This document shows positions 27,613 through 32,000 of a DNA stretch of 32,000 nucleotides, piece after piece. Origin of the DNA: Telmatocola sphagniphila (GTDB lineage Bacteria; Planctomycetota; Planctomycetia; Gemmatales; Gemmataceae). The position numbers were made by a program, and so were the translations under genes. Below the pieces are notes generated by a model. That model was not told the origin of the DNA. It worked only from the letters and a program-made list of their open reading frames with translations, and did not search any database. Within the stretch, counting starts at the first letter, position 1. Every line of letters starts with the position of its first letter. The DNA lies in contig NZ_CP074694.1 of the NCBI RefSeq assembly GCF_018398935.1, positions 960,001 through 992,000 on the forward strand, written 5' to 3'.

Positions 27613-28827
27613 ATGCCCGAAGGTGCAGCAGCTCGATTCGTTACAGGCCGAATAGTCCTGTTCCTGAGAATTCTGATCAGTTCACTGTTGATTTTCGCCA
27701 GTACCAAAATCGCACTTCCAACTTCAGTAATGAATGGCGAGGATCTCGTACAAGATTATTTGTCCGCAAGAGCGTGGATTCGAGACGGCAACCCCTATGC
27801 GGATCTCGTTCGAATGCGGGCGGAAAATGGCTTCCCGCCCACGGAACCCGATCCGGTTTTGAGTAATCCTCATCCGTTTTTTGCCATAATTTTGGTAGTA
27901 CCGATATCGGGTTTGCATTTTCCAACAGCCTTCCTGATCTGGAAAATCCTAAATTGCCTCGCGCTCGGGGCGGCCTGGACGATCGCCTGGGAATTATTTT
28001 CAAAAAATACTTGGAAAACACTTTTCGGAGCGGGGTGGGTAGGGCTTTGGGCACCGGTCTGGCAGGGACTCGATTTTGGTCAGCCCACGGGAGTGCTCTG
28101 CTTATTGGGAATCTTTCTCTGGAAAGCGGCGAAAAACGCAAAGCCCAATCAATTCGGAATACTTTGGGCGCTCGCCTGCTGCACACGGCCTTTCTTTTTC
28201 CTAACTCTTGCAGCCATATGGGGATGGAATCGCGGGTCTAGAGTTCGGTGCCTAATTACTGCGGCACTTTTCGGTGGCCTCATTTTTATCCTGGGAGGAA
28301 AAGATCCCTGGAGCTGGTGGCGGGAAAATGCCTCTGCTTCCTCCGATTACGCCTATCTCTGTGGAACTCTCGGCAATCTTTTCTCGCTGGGATCGCGGGG
28401 AGGAATTATTCTCTACGCAATTTCTTTCGCCTTTCTGGTTTATTTTCAGCAGCGCTACCGAAATACGGACTGCACCTTCTGTAGCGCCTGGGTTTTATTG
28501 CTTTTGACCTATCCTCTCGCCTGGTATCACTACGATGCTCTGGCGATCCCGGCCGTGATCTGGTTGGGAGTTCGGGCGAGTGAATTCGATTCGCGAATCA
28601 TTTTCTGGTTCTTGCTGGCGTACCTGCTGGGTCGGGCGCTGCCGTCTACTTCCGAGCATTTCTGGACGATGATGTACGTGCAGATTTTCAGCCGAATTTC
28701 TTTGGGAATTGCAGTGATTTTCGCGGTTCGGCTCAGTTTGAAGCATGCAATAAAAAACCCACCCGTGAGGGGTGGGGAGAAGTGGATGGAAAGTCATTCG
28801 AAGCGAATCAGCTGCCTGCACCCTTGA
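27613..28827 (+). CDS. polytopic membrane protein, DUF2029/GT87-like (putative GT-C glycosyltransferase)
   Basis: About 11-12 hydrophobic segments. The first loop GEDLVQDYLSARAWIRDGNPY followed by NPHPFFAIILVVPISGL...FLIWKILNCLAL resembles the DUF2029/GT87 (PimE-like) N-terminal pattern D..(Y)..A......G..PY ... YPP......P. The family call is from memory and is not verified. ATG 27613 is preferred; the track start 27544 is TTG. Confidence 0.6.
   Translation: MPEGAAARFVTGRIVLFLRILISSLLIFASTKIALPTSVMNGEDLVQDYLSARAWIRDGNPYADLVRMRAENGFPPTEPDPVLSNPHPFFAIILVVPISGLHFPTAFLIWKILNCLALGAAWTIAWELFSKNTWKTLFGAGWVGLWAPVWQGLDFGQPTGVLCLLGIFLWKAAKNAKPNQFGILWALACCTRPFFFLTLAAIWGWNRGSRVRCLITAALFGGLIFILGGKDPWSWWRENASASSDYAYLCGTLGNLFSLGSRGGIILYAISFAFLVYFQQRYRNTDCTFCSAWVLLLLTYPLAWYHYDALAIPAVIWLGVRASEFDSRIIFWFLLAYLLGRALPSTSEHFWTMMYVQIFSRISLGIAVIFAVRLSLKHAIKNPPVRGGEKWMESHSKRISCLHP
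28752..28776 (-). terminator. rho-independent terminator downstream of the promoter-distal Flp gene (lies inside the 3' end of the opposing ORF)
   Basis: On the minus strand: CCCACCC-CTCAC-GGGTGGG followed by TTTTTT. This corresponds to plus strand A6 at 28752..28757 and stems at 28758..28764 and 28770..28776. It lies 32 nt past the stop at 28808. Confidence 0.55.
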
Positions 28828-28984
28828 GGCGGGAACCGACGTTGCTGAAAGAAGAGTTGGCATTTTGTCCCAGCTGGCTGATGGCAGCCAGGCAGACGAC
28901 GATAATCAGGGCGAGCATAACGGCATATTCCACTGCGGTGGGACCGTCTTCCCGTTTCAGGAAGGTAATAAAACTTTTAAACAC
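28808..28984 (-). CDS. flp: Flp family type IVb pilin (58 aa, GTG start; not in ORF track)
   Basis: Hand translation: (GTG)MFKSFITFLKREDGPTAVEYAVMLALIIVVCLAAISQLGQNANSSFSNVGSRLKGAGS, ending at TGA. AGGAGG lies 6 nt upstream of the GTG. An in-frame TAA 18 nt upstream excludes any earlier start. Confidence 0.8.
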   Translation of the reverse strand: MFKSFITFLKREDGPTAVEYAVMLALIIVVCLAAISQLGQNANSSFSNVGSRLKGAGS

Positions 28985-29020
28985 TCGTTGCCTCCTAAAG
29001 GATTACCCGGAAAATCCAAA

Positions 29021-29215
29021 TCACGTGGTGGTGGTGCCGGTGTTCTGAATGCTCTTGGCAATCTGGCTGAACGAGGAATTGGCGTTTTGACCGAGCTGGC
29101 TGATGGCTGCCAGGCACACGACGATGATCAGCGCCAACATGACTGCGTATTCCACCGCCGTGGGGCCATCTTCCTTCTTGAGGAAGCGAACCAGTTTCGT
29201 TTTGAGACTCTTCAT
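29021..29215 (-). CDS. flp: Flp family type IVb pilin
   Basis: MKSLKTKLVRFLKKEDGPTAVEYAVMLALIIVVCLAAISQLGQNANSSFSQIAKSIQNTGTTTT. It has a basic leader, the G|xxxxEY Flp motif, a hydrophobic helix and a short polar tail. Confidence 0.9.
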   Translation of the reverse strand: MKSLKTKLVRFLKKEDGPTAVEYAVMLALIIVVCLAAISQLGQNANSSFSQIAKSIQNTGTTTT

Positions 29216-29424
29216 GCTAAAATACTCCAGATGCGTTAAAGAAAACCTTTGTGTCAGGTTTGCCGGGAACCCGTAATCTTTACCCAGCCATTACAATTTA
29301 CCCATTTCCACATTGGCCAAACAATTGAACCTGGAGCGAAAAGAACAAATCTTTATCGAAGCGATTGGTTTTACAGCGGTTTTCGGAAGTGTGCGGAAAA
29401 GTGCCGATTTTCGGAGCAGCGCGC

Positions 29425-29455
29425 AAAAAAAAGCACTCCCGTTCTTTGGAGCGCT
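29425..29455 (-). terminator. rho-independent terminator after the third Flp gene
   Basis: Minus strand: AGCGCTCC-AAAGAAC-GGAGTGCT (8 bp with one G-U pair) followed by T8. This corresponds to plus strand A8 at 29425..29432. It starts 24 nt after the stop at 29479. Confidence 0.75.
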
Positions 29456-29478
29456 TTGCTTTCCATCGAATTATAGAA

Positions 29479-29664
29479 TCAGGTCGTGGTAGGACCGATA
29501 TTTTTGCTGACAGTACTGAAGGTGCTATTAGCGTTTTTGCCGATTGTCGTGACTGCAGCGATACAGACGACGATGATCAGTGCCAACATGACAGCATATT
29601 CTACCGCGGTCGGTCCATCTTCGCGTTTTAAAAATTGGACTACTGGCTGGAAAATCGCGCTCAT
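29479..29664 (-). CDS. flp: Flp family type IVb pilin
   Basis: From ATG 29664 (GGAG upstream): MSAIFQPVVQFLKREDGPTAVEYAVMLALIIVVCIAAVTTIGKNANSTFSTVSKNIGPTTT. The track start 29760 would read through the terminator hairpin and is rejected. Confidence 0.9.
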   Translation of the reverse strand: MSAIFQPVVQFLKREDGPTAVEYAVMLALIIVVCIAAVTTIGKNANSTFSTVSKNIGPTTT

Positions 29665-29697
29665 GGGACTCCGAGGATTAGGTGTGGATTGATTCAG

Positions 29698-29726
29698 AAA
29701 AAAACTCTCCCGGGGGGCGGGAGAGT
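29698..29726 (-). terminator. rho-independent terminator/attenuator between Flp genes
   Basis: Perfect 9-bp stem ACTCTCCCG / CGGGAGAGT (29704..29712 and 29718..29726) with a 5-nt loop. On the minus strand it is followed by T7 (plus strand A7 at 29698..29704). It lies 31 nt after the stop at 29757 and 33 nt before the next Flp ATG. Confidence 0.8.
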
Positions 29727-29756
29727 GTAACGTATTCGCCCCTAAACCGCGTGATA

Positions 29757-29948
29757 TCACGTGGTGGTGGTTGCTGGGCCGATGTTGGTCGAGATCGTGC
29801 TGAAGGTGCTGTTAGCGTTCTTGCCGATCGTGGTGACTGCAGCGATGCAGACGACGATGATCAGAGCCAGCATAACGGCGTATTCAACAGCGGTCGGGCC
29901 GTCTTCACGCTTGAGGAAGGTAACGAATTTCTTGCTCAGGTTGCGCAT
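29757..29948 (-). CDS. flp: Flp family type IVb pilin
   Basis: MRNLSKKFVTFLKREDGPTAVEYAVMLALIIVVCIAAVTTIGKNANSTFSTISTNIGPATTTT. Confidence 0.9.
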   Translation of the reverse strand: MRNLSKKFVTFLKREDGPTAVEYAVMLALIIVVCIAAVTTIGKNANSTFSTISTNIGPATTTT

Positions 29949-30056
29949 CTTAAAGATCCTTTGAAAAAATTATGTAAGTACAATCAGGTCAGTTTCAAGT
30001 AGGGGGGAGCCGACATCAAAGCCAGCCCCGAGGATTTTGATACTTCAACAGGCAAA

Positions 30057-30248
30057 TCACGTGGTGGTGGTTGCTGGGCCGATGTTGGTCGAGATCGTGC
30101 TGAAGGTGCTGTTAGCGTTCTTGCCGATCGTGGTAACTGCGGCAATGCAGACCACGATGATGAGGGCCAACATGACCGCGTATTCAACTGCGGTCGGGCC
30201 ATCTTCACGCTTCAGGAAGGTGACCAATTTCTTGCTCAGGTTGCGCAT
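30057..30248 (-). CDS. flp: Flp family type IVb pilin (promoter-proximal copy)
   Basis: MRNLSKKLVTFLKREDGPTAVEYAVMLALIIVVCIAAVTTIGKNANSTFSTISTNIGPATTTT. It differs from the 29757..29948 product at one residue (L8 versus F8). Confidence 0.9.
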   Translation of the reverse strand: MRNLSKKLVTFLKREDGPTAVEYAVMLALIIVVCIAAVTTIGKNANSTFSTISTNIGPATTTT

Positions 30249-30515
30249 CGTACAGACTCCGTAAAAAAGTTAAATCTGGTTTCCAGTGATGATCTCGTTT
30301 CTTCGCTCTTTCTGTCCCGAAACGTTTCATCGTTACAACATGTTCTTAGGTCACACTCTGCGTGCATGCAAACGCCGGTACCGGCAAAATTCCCGATTTT
30401 TTCGGAACCATCCTTCCAGCACACATCTTTCGCGCCTTAAGGGAAATCCGTATTCGTATATGAATATATTTGTCTGGAATAGCCGGAACAACGCGTAAAA
30501 CCCGTAAAGGTGAAC

Positions 30516-32000
30516 ATGGAAGCCAAAAATAATCGTCACAGCCTGACCACAACCGAAGGATCGAGCCGCGCGCCGAACCGGGCCATGCTTCGAGCCGTCG
30601 GTTTTCAGGATTCGGACTTCAAAAAGCCGATTGTTGGGGTCGCTTCGCTCTTCAGCGAAATCACTCCGTGCAATGCCCACCTCGATCGTCTCGCTCGCAA
30701 GGCCTGCGACGGCATTTACGCCGCCGGAGGCGTCCCTCAGATCTTTGGAGCTCCCACCGCCTCGGATGGCATCATGATGGGGCATCAGGGAATGCGTTAT
30801 TCGCTGGTTTCCCGGGAGGTCATCGCCGACAGCCTCGAATTGGTCTCCGGCGGAATGAATCACGATGGGTTGTTGGCTCTGGGCGGTTGCGATAAGAACA
30901 TGCCAGGCTGCCTGATGGCCATGGCTCGTCTGAACATCCCCAGCATTTTCGTCTACGGCGGGAGCATCCTGCCCGGCGTAGGACCCGAAGGGGAAGACGT
31001 CGATATCGTGTCCATTTTCGAAGCAGTCGGTAAATATCAAGCCAAGAAGATTGACGATAAAACGCTGCACAAAATCGAGTGCGAGTCCTGCCCGGGTTCG
31101 GGAGCCTGCGGCGGCATGTACACCGCGAATACCATGAGTTCCGCCATCGAAGCGATGGGGATGAGCTTACCCAACGATGCCAGCTATCCCGCTGTGACGG
31201 CCGCCAAGGACCGGGAAACCTTCCAGGCGGGCGCGGCCCTGGTCAATCTCATCGAGAAAAACATCAAGCCTCGCGATATCATCACGCGGAAATCCCTGGA
31301 AAACGCCTATACTTTCGTCCTCGCGCTAGGGGGTTCCACCAACGCCGTATTGCATCTGATGGCCATAGCTCGGGAAGCTCAGGTCGAATGGACTCTAGCG
31401 GATTTCGACCGGCTGGGTGCCAAAGTTCCTCACCTGGGCGATTTGAAGCCCGGCGGCAAGCACGTCATGTTCGATCTTCACCGAGCCGGTGGAACCGCGC
31501 AAGTGTTGAAAGCCCTTCTCGAAGCCGGTTTGTTGCACGGAGATTGCATCACCTGCACCGGCCAGACCCTGGCGGAAAATTTGAAAAACATCCCGAGCAT
31601 TTATGCCAAAAGCCAGAAGGTGATTCTTCCGCTCGATAAGCCGATGCACGCCAGCGGGCATATCGTAATTCTGCATGGAAATCTGGCCGAGGAAGGCGCC
31701 GTGGCCAAGATCGCCGGTTTGAAAAAAATCAGTATTACCGGCCCGGCAAAAGTTTTCGACGGCGAGGAAGCCTGCTTCGAAGCGATCCAAGCCCGCAAGA
31801 TCGTGCCGGGCGATGTGGTCGTCATCCGAGGGGAAGGCCCCGTGGGCGGCCCCGGTATGAGAGAAATGCTCTCCATCACCGGCGCATTGATGGGGCAGGG
31901 TTTGGGCGATAGCGTCGGACTGATCACCGATGGTCGATTTTCCGGCGGCACGCATGGCCTGGTAGTAGGACACGTTGCCCCCGAAGCCTGGACCGGGGGA
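30516..32000 (+). CDS. ilvD: dihydroxy-acid dehydratase (partial; continues beyond the right window edge)
   Basis: Not in the ORF track (no stop in the window). Hand translation from ATG 30516 (AAGGTG upstream): [60 protein letters not shown]...[24 protein letters not shown]...[33 protein letters not shown]. The frame is open for all 495 codons to position 32000. Confidence 0.9.
   Translation, partial: MEAKNNRHSLTTTEGSSRAPNRAMLRAVGFQDSDFKKPIVGVASLFSEITPCNAHLDRLARKACDGIYAAGGVPQIFGAPTASDGIMMGHQGMRYSLVSREVIADSLELVSGGMNHDGLLALGGCDKNMPGCLMAMARLNIPSIFVYGGSILPGVGPEGEDVDIVSIFEAVGKYQAKKIDDKTLHKIECESCPGSGACGGMYTANTMSSAIEAMGMSLPNDASYPAVTAAKDRETFQAGAALVNLIEKNIKPRDIITRKSLENAYTFVLALGGSTNAVLHLMAIAREAQVEWTLADFDRLGAKVPHLGDLKPGGKHVMFDLHRAGGTAQVLKALLEAGLLHGDCITCTGQTLAENLKNIPSIYAKSQKVILPLDKPMHASGHIVILHGNLAEEGAVAKIAGLKKISITGPAKVFDGEEACFEAIQARKIVPGDVVVIRGEGPVGGPGMREMLSITGALMGQGLGDSVGLITDGRFSGGTHGLVVGHVAPEAWTGG

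Larger units (their letters stand above)
29757..30248 (-). repeat. 300-bp-period direct duplication of a 192-bp Flp coding unit (29757..29948 and 30057..30248)
   Basis: By hand alignment the two CDSs differ at ~14 of 192 positions. The first 78 nt from the stop-codon end and the last ~23 nt at the start-codon end are identical. The flanking intergenic sequences are unrelated. Confidence 0.85.

Noticed and set aside
29392-29406. Sigma-54-like element (minus strand CGGCACTTTTCCGCA) upstream of the 29215 Flp gene
   Set aside because: The GG-to-GC spacing is 9 nt instead of 10. It sits immediately downstream of the terminator of the preceding gene and is probably coincidental.
29757-30248. Regularly spaced repeats, considered as a CRISPR-like array
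   Set aside because: There are only two copies. The repeat unit is a complete 192-bp pilin CDS with its own Shine-Dalgarno sequence and start. No short palindromic repeats or cas genes are present.
28772-30264. Plus-strand ORFs 28772..29239, 29365..29631, 29682..30002 and 30037..30264 with recurring ...DDDQ.QH..(V/I)F... strings
   Set aside because: They are mirror images of the Flp hydrophobic-helix codons read on the opposite strand. The repetition comes from the pilin paralogy, and the minus-strand genes have Shine-Dalgarno sequences, starts and terminators.
30367-30383. Sigma-54-like -24/-12 element (minus strand CGGTACCGGCGTTTGCA) upstream of the first Flp gene
   Set aside because: The GG-to-GC spacing is 11 nt instead of the required 10, and the -24 region is a poor match.
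30351-31973. Minus-strand ORFs 30351..31070 (239 aa) and 31395..31973 (192 aa)
   Set aside because: They are antisense to ilvD, whose plus-strand translation matches dihydroxy-acid dehydratase throughout.

Overview
This window looks like a tightly packed, mostly housekeeping chromosomal segment of a Planctomycetota-type genome. That assignment is an inference from gene content (DUF1549/DUF1553, DUF1573, a secreted CxxCH protein, multiple Flp pilins). All homology calls are from memory of family signatures, because no searches could be run. I support about 35 protein-coding genes. The first group is a WD40 protein coupled to a pseudo-receiver PP2C phosphatase, a DUF151 nuclease, a YyaL-like thioredoxin-domain protein, a DUF1573 protein and a sugar-phosphate isomerase. 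The second group is a triple-YbjQ fusion, DUF1643, mntH, an OmpR/HK two-component pair, cinA and deoC. The third group is an orphan cysA, the pyrimidine-salvage set upp/cdd/deoA, purE-purK and a partial ilvD. I found no rRNA, tRNA, CRISPR array, transposase or recognisable defence genes. The part most worth a second look is 27.3-30.3 kb. It holds six minus-strand Flp-family (type IVb) pilin genes, two of which fall below the ORF-track size cut-off and were found by hand translation. They bracket a single plus-strand polytopic membrane protein with a DUF2029/GT87-like (GT-C) N-terminal motif. Four of the pilins end in a Thr run, internal rho-independent terminators subdivide the array, two copies are near-identical with a mosaic identity pattern, and no Tad secretion genes are present in the window. 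I propose, as a hypothesis only, a pilin-linked O-glycosylation module. Other oddities are a DUF1643 gene whose conserved N-terminus has no canonical start codon and a three-domain YbjQ fusion. An unknown protein is translationally coupled to purEK. Convergent gene ends are also unusually often fused or overlapping, which leaves no intergenic terminator space.
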